From Trichinella spiralis (Eukaryota), in NCBI RefSeq assembly GCF_000181795.1, contig NW_003526941.1:5991008-6055007 (forward strand): a DNA stretch of 64,000 nt. Direction: 5' to 3'. The stretch's first letter is position 1. Each line of letters starts with the position of its first letter. The translations under genes were made by a program, and so were the position numbers. Below the pieces are notes generated by a model. The model had not been told where the DNA came from. It saw nothing but the letters and a program-made list of their open reading frames with translations, and did no database searches. Shown piece after piece: positions 1 through 12,840 of this stretch.

Positions 1-327
1 ATTTTTTCTGGTCGAGTCCCAGTCTGCGCTGCAATGAGTTTCTTCAAATCGCCGATGGTGTCTGTAGTACTAAAAAATTGCAAAATAAATGATACAAAAT
101 ATAGAATAAAACCACAACTACATAAAATTATAATACGGTTTATACAATTACTATTTTACTAAAACAAAATACATTCTAATCAGTTAAAATATGGTGAAAA
201 TCACAAAAAACAATATGCAAATAATTGAAAAATCACTGATAAATAACGTAAAATAGTAACAGCTCAGTTACTTGCATTTAATTCGAACTTTTTTTCCTAA
301 TCGGTCATTGCAAGTGATTTCGATCAT
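1..327 (-). CDS. UBL5: Ubiquitin-like protein 5 (Hub1), 3'-truncated by the window edge; exons 327-272 and 69-1
   Basis: Spliced translation [42 protein letters not shown] closely matches the UBL5/Hub1 N-terminus; GT-AG intron at 271-70. Confidence 0.96.
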
Positions 328-1467
328 ATTTTATTACTTAAAAACAGTTTACATGCAAAGCACGGAGGTGGTAAGGCTTTGTAATACAGAATAGTCAACC
401 ATTTTCTGAAAATCAAGTTTAAATGTTTTAACCTCATTTTTATTGCTTGCTTTTCAAAAACATTTTGAAATTTAAATTTAACTTTTATTAACAAATGGTA
501 GAAAATTTAATTATTCTGAACAGATGAAACTATATTTTAAAGTTAAAAGATAAATAATTGATCAATGAAGTTCAAAAAATCACTGCTAGATGTTTTGATT
601 ATTAAACAGATAATAAAAATGGAAGAAATCATTCAGCTTGAAAGCCTTTTAGTATGCAATGTGATTTTTTCTTTTATTAATAATTAGATGGCTGAAAAAG
701 GAATGAAAATCAATCAATTAAACCCTGTCGTGAGTGGTAATGAAGAAAATATGCAACGTTCAAAATTGAAAAGTACAGTAGATTAATATAAAATAAATTA
801 GTTTTTCTTAACCAATTTTGCAAGTTCAACTGATTAGTTTTTGAAAAATTTAAATAAAATCTATTTATTTGTCAATTTATGATGGATTTAGTTCACATTT
901 CGTCTATTATTTTTGCATATTATGTCAAATTTAGTTTAAACTTATTTATAATAACGAATTGCAAGAGAATATTTGTTTCTTCTTGTTGTGGTTTTTTTCA
1001 TTCAATATTTTTTCCATAGTAGTTGAAGTCTGAAAGATAGTTGCTCGAATTGTTAAATAATTGGCAAACAAGAGAAAAGTTTCAAACAAATGCTTGTAAT
1101 TGAACAGTTGCTAATCAAGCAATAACAATATCCAGTGGAGAATTGTTGGCTGAATTGATTATGAATGAATTTTCGCTTCGGCTGTATCGACTGTTAGTTA
1201 TTGATTCTGTTTTGCAGAAAATGGCAAGTCCGGACTGCAAAAGCAGGCTGTTGTTATTATTGAAAAGCTTTGCATTGAATTTCACACGCAATCATTCGGC
1301 CAGTTGACCGACTGACAGTATCCGAGGAAAGCGCATAAAGCTAACCCAAGAATCAACTGCTGAGGTTGATATGTAAAGAGGAAGAAGCTGAAAAGCAAGC
1401 AGATTTGCTAACTTAGTAATTTTGAATAAAGAAGCGCTGTTCAGTACTGCTACAGATAGATCAACCG

Positions 1468-4400
1468 ATGGATAAAACCTCAGCAGTGTCATTGCCATCT
1501 GTTGATAAGCAAATGCCAACAACAACAACAAGAAATGAGCATTGTCAACCTGAACGAATAACGCATGTTGATCATCAAGAAGAACTTTTTCAAGAAAGTC
1601 ACTTAAATGCCGTACGTGTTATTGTTTTTCTTTTTAATGAAATTATTTTTTTGTAAAACTTGAATTTTTTTAATACAGTGCTTACACATCCACTTGTGTA
1701 CATGTTAGATGCATAGATGTAAGAATTTACCCAATTTTAACAGAAAAATATACTGAAATCAATTAGAAAATGATTATCATAAATGACATGCTTGTTTATC
1801 AGAATTATATATCTCTGTCGAGTTGATAAGAGTTCTCAGTGGACAAAATGTTATCTTAATCATTTAGACCATTTCCCCAGTTGAAGAATTGTAATAAATA
1901 AATAAAAATTGGTATCCTAACAAAATAATATTATAAAAAACTCGTTTTATTTGTTTTCTTTTTATAATTATTAAAAAGCTTCGATAATATCTAACCAAGA
2001 ATTATTTATAAATGATACAAATAAAAAAGCATAAACGGAATAATCTAGGCAATTTCAGTGATGTGTTGTTCTGTACCTTCTCTATTGATTTACAAGCCAC
2101 ATGAAATGCGCAATCACATGAGCACACGTAAACTTTTCGATGACATTCAATTATTCAAAAGCAACATAATTTTATTAACTTCATTTTATTGCAACTAAAA
2201 TCTAGAGCACAATTTGAAACGAAAACGTATTTTTCATCAATTAACGGTATATACCAGTATTTTCTCGAATTAAAAGCAAAAAGTATTATTTTGATTTGAA
2301 AATGCTTTGTAAGATTTCAGATCGATGAAGATGATAGAGCAGGATGGCTGTCTCATTTGCTGTATGGAAAGCAGCATGGATTTGGAACATGGGATGGCGT
2401 ATTTACTACAGTTGTCATCAATACTTTCGGAATCACAGTTTTCTTGCGCACTGGTTGGGTGGTGGTAAGTGAAAAGAAAATCAATATTTAATATAAAACT
2501 GAAATTTACATTGCTCTTATGGTTTCATTTCTTTGAAAATTCATAAATTCTTTCCTTTTTTTAATGAAATTGCTTGATTCACATTAGAAAAAAAATAAAG
2601 AATGAAACATACACAAAATAGGTCACATTTGAATTACTGTATGTCATTTCTTACATTTAAATTGTTATAATTATAAATTAAATCTTCAAAAAAATGATTA
2701 GGACGATGAATTATAATATTTTTTAAAAAATATCTCAATCTCTTTAAAAACAATTTTTTAGGCAAATGCAGGAATTGGAGAATCTGTATTAATCCTTCTG
2801 TTGGGTATTCTGCTGGCCATAATACCAGTTTTGTCAGCAATTGAAATTTGTGAACGATGCCAAATTCAAAGTGGTGGTGTATATTTTTTAGTTTCCCACG
2901 TTTTGGGCGCCAAAATTGGAGGCGCTGTCGGAATTATTTTCATTCTTGGTCAAGTAAATAAAAATGCTGCTGCACTTTTTGTGCATGTTATAAACAGAAA
3001 ATTCTTTAGATTGTCGCAAATTCTATGGTAGCGGTTGGATTTGGTGAAAGTATGGCATCACTGATTAATGTAGAGAATATTTGGGTGTCTCGAGGATTTG
3101 CTCTCGGTTCTACAATAATTCTTTTGGGTATTTGAAATACTATTAAAAGTCAATTTTTTATAATATAATAATGTTTAATAATATAGACATTGTTTTAACA
3201 ATAAGTAATTGTTGTTTTTTAATGCAAAGGAGTAAATGTTGCTGGCATCAAATGGGTTATTCGAACACAGATTGCTTTGCTGTGTATTTTAATTCTGGCT
3301 GTCTGTGATTTTTTGATCGGAGCATTAGCTACAAGAAAACCTGGTATGTATGATTTTGTACTCTTGCATCTGTAATCCTATTTGAAATATTTAGAATCTG
3401 GTGTATTGGGAATGTCAAGTCAAGTGTTTGCCAATAATTCTAAGCCAGACTATGAACCTGGAGAAAATTTCTTCACCGTCTTTGGAGTATACTTTTCTAC
3501 ATTCACTGGAATTTTATCTGGCGTAAATATGAGTGGCGACTTGAAAGATCCCGTAACTAGTATCCCTTTAGGCGAACTAGCTGGTCTTGGAGTCAGGTAG
3601 CGAAGATATTAATTTTATTATTGTTTTTTAATAATTCAAAATTTTTATCTGAAGCGTTTTGATGGCATTGGCTTTTATCTTATCACTTGGTTCTATTGGC
3701 GAACGATCTGCATTGCATTTGGACATCAATTTTGTTCAAAAAGCTTCACTTACAGGATTTCTACTTTTGGGTGGCATATACGTTTCCAGTTTATCAGCTA
3801 TAATAAGTGGTTTATATGTATCTCCGAGATTGCTGCAATCAATAGCCGCTGAAAATGTCATAGGCTTTATGAAATTTTTAGCAAAAGGGGTAACATGAAT
3901 AATTCATTCTTTATTCATTCAATCAAATGCACGTATATATTTTTTTTTCATCTGTTTTAGCGTGGGCCTAACAAAGAGCCAATTTATGCTACTGTTCTTG
4001 TCACCATACTTACTTTAATATTTATTTTTATTGGCAGTTTTAATTTACTTGCAAAAATTGCCACTCTTCCCTACTTGATGATGTACGCTTTTATCAACTA
4101 CAGCTACTTTTCACTTGCCATGACTTACGATCTAGTCCAGCTCAGAAAAAACAAGTAAATTATCATGCTGAACAACTATATTTTGACGTATTCTCCTCAT
4201 AGATCAACCGACTATGGTACAGTATACAAACTAGAAACAGATCTACCACCCGTGGATGGCGTTTTTCCAAGTGAACTAAGCATCCAACCTATCGTTAGTA
4301 AGAAAAAATCTTGGTATTCTTACATCACCAATCGTTGGTTGGCATTGATTGGGGTAAAAAGAAATTTCATACTAATTTTGAAAATGCAGCACAACAATTT

Positions 4401-4725
4401 TAGGCAGCAGCCAATATAATGCTCATATTTTTCATTGATTGGAAAAGCACGCTAATTCTCCTGGCAATTTTATGCATGATTTACTTTTACATCGGTCAAA
4501 CCAATCCTGGAGTTTCTCAAGGTGGTGAAAATGTTTTCTATCTTAGGATAATAGTATTACATTTCACTAATTTTAGGCATTTCTCAATTCAGCGTAGTCA
4601 ATTCTTTCAAATTTGTACTTGGAAAAAGCGATCCTACTGCCAAAGAACAGCCAGTCATACCGTACAATACACCAGAGATGAAAACAGAAATAACTCAAGT
4701 AACAGGAAGCGAATACAATTATTAA
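1468..4725 (+). CDS. SLC12A8: Cation-chloride cotransporter family member, SLC12A8-like (about 10 exons)
   Basis: Exons encode EELFQE, FGTWDGVFTTVVINTFGITVFLRTGWVV, SGGVYFLVSHVLGAKIGG, FTGILSGVNMSGDLKDP and YFYIGQTNPG; canonical introns; stop TAA at 4723-4725. Confidence 0.88.
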
Positions 4726-4804
4726 ATTTTATTATCATTAAAATTATACAACATTTTCAAATAAATCTGCTGACAAAAAACGATCCTGTTTTTCTGAAAC
4801 ATTC

Positions 4805-5346
4805 TTAATAACGATATTTGGTTGAATAATCTTTTGGTGAAATGACCAAACCGCGTCCTTTACGCGCACCTCGATAAATAGTCTCAATAATATCAATGCA
4901 CTCTTGTGGATCTTCCAATGCCCAGTTTATTTTGTTATTATTACCAGTGCCTAAAACAAAGAAAATAAACTTATCGAAAAATAATTTGCAAATTTACCAA
5001 AAATAATTTACCTAAATCTATCATGATATGTTTGTTTCTGAAAAAAAACATTGTTGTACAGGGATCATATAATTCGTACATTTTGTTGAAATCTGGTACT
5101 TGACTGATGTCAACTAAGTAAATAACTGCAAAATTTTTCACTTTTTCTGCAATTTTAAATAATACCTGAAAATAAACTTACTGAAGTTGATAAGAATTTC
5201 AAAAATTCTCACTTTACCTCATCCATTTTCATGCAAGTTGGATCCCAGTCATGACCAAATCGAATCACAACCACACGATCTTCTTCAGAAAGAATAGCCT
5301 GATCCACTTGCCAGCCATTGTGCAAATGCGGAAGCATGTAAGACAT
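4805..5346 (-). CDS. TXNL4A: Dim1/U5-15kD thioredoxin-like spliceosomal protein (3 exons)
   Basis: MSYMLPHLHNGWQVDQAILSEEDRVVVIRFGHDWDPTCMKMDE...FNKMYELYDP...GTGNNNKINW...RGARKGRGLVISPKDYSTKYRY*; absent from the ORF track because it is spliced. Confidence 0.97.
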
Positions 5347-7394
5347 CGTGAATCGAGTATCTACCATAAACAAATGACATTAAATTAGGAATGACAATTT
5401 TACACACTGCCTATTTACTCTGTTTCTATAAATATGTGATGAAATGTACAAAAATGGCATAACATAAAAAAGACAAATCATATCATACTTTGATAAACAA
5501 CACTGCCTGCATATGAATTTTAATACAGATAATAACACTCATGTTTATTTGGTGTCTCAATTTCCCTATTTAAATAATTTTTAAAATTACCTTTTAAAAT
5601 ATAAAAAAATACACCGATATGTAATTAATCGTTATTTTGTTTTATCAAGGTTCTGCTTCAAAGCAATCATTCATTCTTTCTCATAATAACATGGCTTCCT
5701 TTTGCAAGTGAAGTACGTGTAGAATTCAAAAGAAAACAGTAATATTTAGGATAAAGTTGCACTGCTTTACTCAGCATATGCGACATCAAGAAATGTTGAC
5801 AGTTAATGTAAAATATGTACAAGTTATTGAAGCTCGTTCAAACTGAATACAGATAGAAAAGTTATACTATATAGTAAATGTTTTAAGTAAATTTAAAAAT
5901 TGTAACATTACCTTTTCAATTAAATTAAAAACCAAATAAACTTTCAGCAACAATAACAGCAGTGCTCACAGGCCACAGTATGGGAAATTAAATGAAGGTA
6001 TAATTCTAATAACGATTGTCAACATAAAATTGACATTCGTTCTTAATTCATTATTTAAAAATTAATTTTTAAAAACTCAGTTTGCTTTAAAAGGTGACAA
6101 TTAACGGAATGCAAGGTCATTTAAGTAACCGTTTTGATTTTCGAGTATACATAGAAAAGAACGCTATATAATAGCTTTTGTAATATACATTTTCTCTCTC
6201 TCTGCTATCTGCGTTCAGAGTTGCTTTAGTAATTTTACTTAGTGCTGCGTATCTTTTACTCAAAAAATTCAGAATATGTCACTGTCATTTAACTTCGATT
6301 AATAAATTAGTAACAGATTCATTTATAGCTGTACAATGTTACTGATGCGATATGGAAAGATTAGATTTCACGCAAAATAAAAATAAAAACATGACGAAAT
6401 TACAAAATAGTATGCTTCCAGACAGATCTCTTACAGAATGGTGTGCTCAAACCAAAGATAATTCTATGAAATCAATGTGATCAATGTTATTGATATTTTT
6501 GTAACATAAATTACCACATTTCAAACTTATTTATTAATCATCATTTATTAAAATATTATTATAATTAAGTAGTATGATTTTCCCATAGTACAATGCCAAA
6601 ATTGTAATTTTTCATATTATAAATCAACGTTTAAAACACGATTGAAAAATTTGCTCAATTGTATGCATTTTTGAAATAATTCAATTCAATTTTATTTTAT
6701 ACATTCATATATTCTTTTCGCTAGAATAAAATATTTAATTTAGCAGTATCAAAAACTCCATTGCATAACACACTTTTATTATGCTTGAAAATCGTTAATT
6801 ATCCAATATTATGTTGGTTAACTGTAGATCGTTAATTTATGTTTGTTTTGCAAATATTATATTCCCTAATACTTTTTCATTTTATTTATTAAAAAATATT
6901 TTTCTTTTATTTAATATTTTCATGCTACTTCTAAAATATTTTCAAACAAAATTCATATTTATTTAATTAGGTCACTGGCATTATTATTATTAAAAAAATA
7001 ATTTTATACCATAATTTTATTATAAATAAATTTATAATGAATATTTATATGTATTTAATGAATTACATTAATTTAAAATAAATAAATGGTTTCCATCTAT
7101 TATTCTAAGAATATACAGTTGTCCTAGATTATTTGTTGTTTTTTAAGCAGTTGCTACCTAAAAAATTATTTATTATCATTTAAATAATGGATTTTATTAA
7201 GATGTATTTTAAAAGTTACTTTTAAGTAATTTTCTTTATAATATTTTATGTTCCATTTGTTTGAATTAAACGATTAGCAAGTATTTCTTGTTAGGGGATT
7301 ACTGTATGTGCATAATTTGTTCACTTTGTTCAGTCAGGTGCTCAGTGGTCGTTGTGTGTGTGCGTGTTATTTGTTTATTATGTTCCCTCAGAAA

Positions 7395-9988
7395 ATGAAT
7401 GGAAACGGGCCGACAGCTAGCACCCCTATGCCTTATGATTATGTGGGAGAGGGTGGCAGTTCAAGTTTCTCGACGAAAAGAGTATGTATTTTATTATTTA
7501 TTTTGTTGGACTTTCTTTTATCACTTTATCTATTCTATTTGTGTTTGTATTTGCAGATTTCTGAGAATTGATTTGTTATTTTTTTTTCTCGTGTTGTATC
7601 GCAAAGTGTTTTGATTGATTGGATAATTCTTTGTGACTATAGTTTCTGAAAATACTTAATGCCTTCAAAATTGTAATTTTTTAGGATCGCACTGTACCTC
7701 AGGCTAAGAGGTCTCGACATTGGAAACCGCCGGCTTTGTGTCGATCTTTCTGTTTAAGATATCCGAAAAGAGAATTGTCATTAGTAACGTTTAAAAACGA
7801 TAGGAAGCAAAGTACGAAAATTGGTGATTGTCTTTCAGTTTGATTTAACTGATTTTTTATAGAATTTCCTCCGCCCAGTTACAAATCTAGCAATGATGGC
7901 GAGTATTTACTTCAATGTTTTACTGATATCAAAAGAATTGGTCAGGGCTCATTTGGCGAGGTTATTCAGTGTTATTTATTTTTCTTTAAAAAATTTATCC
8001 TTTGATTTTTAGGTGTTTTCGGTAACTAGTTTGGATGATGGCGAACAGTATGCTGTGAAGCGATCAATAGAAGGATTTCGAAACAGTTTAGATCGTCGTA
8101 TAAAGTTGGACGAAGTTGAGAAACACGAAGGGCTACCGCCTCATCCAAATTTTGTGCAGTTTGTCAGAGGTTGGGAGGAATGCGGTTCATTATATATTCA
8201 GACAGAATTGTGTGATGAAACTTTGAGTGATTATGCCAACAAAATTCACGATGTACCAGAACTGACAGTTTGGTATTTCCTAATAGATTTATTAATTGTA
8301 AGAAAAAAGCTTTTAATTTAATTATCAGCAGTTATATCTGTTTCATTTAGGCTTTGAAACATTTGCATGATAATCGGTTTGTACATCTTGACTTAAAACC
8401 AGAGAACATTTTTCTAACAAAGGATGAAATTTGTAAGGTTGGAGATTTTGGCTTACTATTCAACCAGAAGACTGTAAGATTTATTGTTTCTTTGTGTTTT
8501 TGTTTAACTTAAATATTAATTTTTAGATGAATCCGCAAAATGCGATGGAAGGCGATTCGAAATATTTAGCCGTGGAAGCACTTCAGGGCATTATTGGACC
8601 TTTCAACGACATTTTTAGTTTGGGCATTACTATTTTAGAGCTGGCGTCAGATTTAGATGTTCCAAAAAATGGAGATGTGTGGCACTATTTGCGTACTGGT
8701 CAGCTTCCTGAAGGACTTTTGAGACGTACGCTTTATTCTACAAATACTGAATCTGTTGTTGATATTTTGAAAATTATTTTTTGTATTTTTTTAAATTCAA
8801 GGTGTGTCACCAGAACTGCGTGAAGTGATTCGTTCAATGATGCATCCAGAACATGATAAACGACCTACTGCTGCAGAATTACTGGAAATTCCAGCTGTCA
8901 AAGCTCTGATGCCATGGCGCATAGCGTACCGAGATGCCGTTCGAGAAGTAAGTAGTGAAATTTACTTCTTATAATTTGCAGTTTAAATTTTTTAATTTTA
9001 GAATCAGTTTTTATCTAAAGTTGTGATTCGTTGGTGCCAAATTTTGTTATGCACATTTTGGAGTGTTGTGATAAGTCCAGAAACAGTGAAAATTGTTTAC
9101 AAAAGCAGAGGCCTTTCTTCTATATTGCCAAATCAGAGAAGAATAAGCAGGAATGTTAGAAATGAAGCAGAAAGTAAATACAGCGTGACGCTGAGTGTAC
9201 ATACACATTTTTGAGTATTTTATTAGAATGTTGTTTAATTATTTTTCAGATGATAATTCACCGTCGGTGGAAATGTTAGACATCAGTTCTATAGAAGGCG
9301 ATGCGGCTGTGCAGCCAATCCAACGTGATAGTTTTTTCAATGGATCTGTTGATGCTAGCTTTTTGGCTAAGTAAACTTTTGTTTTTTATTTTTTGAATAA
9401 ACTTTTCAGCTTTTGGTATAATTTAAGGGCGTCAGGTACGCAGTGGAATTCTACACCTCATGATCAAAATATGTATCATACTCCACGCAGAGAATGTAGG
9501 TCACCAATATTTGATGTTTTCAACAGTAGGTCTTCACGAGGTCAACAAAACGAACGTTCTTCAGCCGTAAAGAATTTTGTTCCCCGCCGTCTTAATGATG
9601 TAATATATAGAATAATACATAAAACTTTTTTATATTTGAAATAAATAAATAAATTTATTTATTTATTTAGATTCTTTCCAATATGAACGCTGATTCTTCT
9701 GGCAGTGACTTTGTTGGTGCTGGACCTCTATTCTTAGGTCCTGATTTATTAAATAAAGATCACCAATCAAGCGGCGATCCATCAAATAAGGATCACCAGA
9801 TGGACATTGATTCTTCTCACAGCGATCATGAAATGAGCGTTGATATATTACCTAACGATCCTCATGTAAAGGGGGATGCCGAAGCCAAAGATCGTGATGC
9901 CAAAATTGATTCTCCAGCCATGAATCGTCCTACGAGGGGTAATTCTGATAATGATCTCAATGATAACTCATGGATGGACGTGGACTGA
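7395..9988 (+). CDS. PKMYT1: Myt1/Wee1-family Cdk1-inhibitory kinase (Myt1/WEE-1.3-like)
   Basis: [54 protein letters not shown] and [10 protein letters not shown] motifs; hydrophobic segment after the kinase domain ([18 protein letters not shown]) as in Myt1. Confidence 0.85.
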
Positions 9989-10276
9989 CTTCTGTAGAAA
10001 TGTTGTACTCCTTATGCGCGTATATTTTATAGGGTCTTCGTTTTTTAACTGTTATACATGTGTCATTTAGTAGAAAATATTATTTTTATGTGTTAATCTC
10101 TCCACCCCCCTTACACTGAATGAATCTTTTACTGTTTTTTAATGCGCTGCGTTGTTTTACTACAGTAAATAAAATTATACACGCTTACATCTTATGTATG
10201 CACATGTAAGTGAGATCTTTTAACGTATTAGTGCAATATATAAAAATAATAGCATTCTGTCTTGGTGAACTGATGA

Positions 10277-11408
10277 TCAATCATGTATCATCAACTGATC
10301 TGACTTCACATCACTCAGATAATTTTCCAAGTAAAATATGAAATTCTTTAAGCCAAAAATGTAATTTTCATCATGCTTGTCAGTATCGTCGTAAACATGA
10401 GTGAAGTCGATCATGTGCACGGATGGTTTTTTAGCAGTAATACTTGTAGATGATGCTTCGCCTTCGTAAGCCAACAAAATCGAACTTGAATAAAATGCGA
10501 ACAATCGTTGACGCTGGAACCATTTTTCAATTGCCTTCACCTCCATTAAAATGCCTTCCACTCTTTTCACGGTCGTCGCATGGATGTTGTCAGTGTGAAA
10601 GAACGTTGAAAAAACTATAATAAAATATTGCAAATACAACTTGTACAAATAGTAGTCCGAGGATACCGTCATTAAAATGTTCTGGATATAACGTTTTTCC
10701 CCATTCCTTGTCTTTCGTTATTCTTTCATTGTTGAGCTCACGGTAAACCTGTAAAATTAAAACAGTTTCCATTTTAAATATGCAAATTTAATGAATAATA
10801 AAAAAGAACTGACCGACATTCCGAGAAAGCGAAATCCAATTTTATGGATTATCGGATACTTTTTCAATTCATACTGCACCCGTTGAAGTGTTGCAGCCGG
10901 TTCCCAGGTCTGGCGCCCAATTTTCACATCCATAACACACGGCTGTCGGTAAAATTTCAACAAATTATCAAGCACCAAAAACGAGTGCACTGAAAAAGCA
11001 AAACGGTCACTAGACACACAAATCATTCATTCTTCAACATCCCCACTGACATTTCTCTTTAATGGGCAACGTTTCAATACCGTAAAATTTCGGAACAAAT
11101 TTTCGAAGTTCCAAAATCAGTTGCCTCCTTTCACCTGCATGATCTTCGTTCCAAATATTTTCATAAAACCCTTTCTCCACTTCTCCTCGCGGTTTCGGCT
11201 GCAACGGTTTCAACACTTTTTCCTCATCTTCGTAAACCAAAACACCTCAAATATATATATATGCTAATTAAAAATTAAAAAAACAAGCATGTGTTGTTTC
11301 CTATTCCTTTTCCTCACCTATGCATTCAGGTTTCGTCGATGGATGATGACCAGCAATTTGATATTTAAAAGGATAGATTCTATCCGGCAAAGCACTGTCT
11401 TCATTCAT
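10277..11408 (-). CDS. IPMK: Inositol polyphosphate multikinase (IPK family)
   Basis: QIAGH, LKPLQPKPRGEVEKGFYE, PCVMDVKIG (PxxxDxKxG), FYSSSILL and MIDF motifs across about 5 exons. Confidence 0.9.
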
Positions 11409-12840
11409 TTCAACACCTGTCAATGTTATTATACAAAAATACAAACTGAGAACTGACAGTTTAAAATATTGATAAAAAAAATTAATGATGACTTCAACCT
11501 GTGTTGAATAAGTTATAACAACATCTTTCAAATGGTTTTTACAAACAAATGTATAACTATATGAAAGTGAACCACAGGTTGTAAACAAATTGTTGTACTG
11601 TAAACTGAAAATATAAATTAACAGAGATCCACAGAATTGTATAGAAAAACAACCAACTTTCATTTTCTGAATTATACATTAAAATAATAAAATGAAAAAT
11701 TCTTCATTTCGTGATGAAACAAAATAAAACTCGACTTCATTCCAATAAAGACACATCAATTAGCAAAGCAGTGAAATGTAAATTTAAATTAAAGTACATA
11801 CTGATTGTATGAACAGAAAATACAGCATAATTTTGTATCTGTATGTTAAAATTAGCTGATAAATTTCTTTCACGAAAGAACCGTTTGTTTACAGAGAAAT
11901 ATTGTTAACAGCGATTGTAAACAATTGGAAAATGATTCTCACCTGAGGTTTAACTTTCGATGCAAAACAACCGAGGCTTTTATGAGATTTTCTATTCTTC
12001 AACAATTTTCTGCTATCAGGTGAAGTGCCGAACGTGACCTGAAAGTACAAAGCATCTAATAACTAATATAGTAAAATTAATTGATCCAATATTAATTTAA
12101 AAACATGCTTTGAAAATTAGTAGGAATTTCAAAAACTTCTCTTGCATATATTTTGATAATCATTTTGCTTAAATTAATCACTAATTTTTCACATAACTCT
12201 TCTCTAGAAACAAAATAAAATAAATATAATTTAATGCAATGGCATTTATAGGATATTTAATAACAAATGCATTAAGCGTATTCACACATTCATTTTATCC
12301 CACAACATTATCGCTTTATATTAATATCAGTTTATATTCAATGTCAGCATTAAAACAGTTTGATAATAACTTCAAATTAACAATTCTATTCACTAATGCG
12401 TGAATATTTAAAATTAATAGTATTTTTGATATGCAAGTATAATTATACTATGCACCAATATAACGCATTATGTAACATATTATTCAGCATGTGAAAATTA
12501 GTAAATATAAACAGTGATGTTAAAAGTAAATTTAAATATGCACAGTTCACAATTTTCTAGTTGTTTTCATCATTGTCTATGATGCATTGTAAAAACTTTT
12601 CCTGAATCTGTGGCATATCAAGATAGAGCTGGCATGGTTTAAGCTGAAAAAGTAAACATGCATTGAAGAGAACCAGACTGACGTGTTTCAATGAAACGGG
12701 GCGAATGTGTATTTTATTAAATGAAGTGTCATCAAAAGAAAGGGAAGGAAGTTGTCGCGTGTACTATTAGCCAATATAAGACATCCTTCTGCAGTCAACC
12801 TACTTTTCACATACTTTACTGTCCATCGGTTCTTGTCAGC

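Noticed and set aside
725..737. CTGTCGTGAGTGG, matching part of human U11 snRNA as I recall it
   Set aside because: Only 13 nt; the flanks are AT-rich and lack the U11 stem-loops and a properly placed Sm site.
1..5346. Two spliceosomal genes (UBL5 and TXNL4A) flanking SLC12A8
   Set aside because: They are 4.5 kb apart with an opposite-strand gene between them; no sign of co-regulation, likely coincidence.
11711..11804. GTGATGA...CTGA resembling a C/D box snoRNA
   Set aside because: No recognisable rRNA/snRNA guide, and such boxes occur often by chance in AT-rich DNA.
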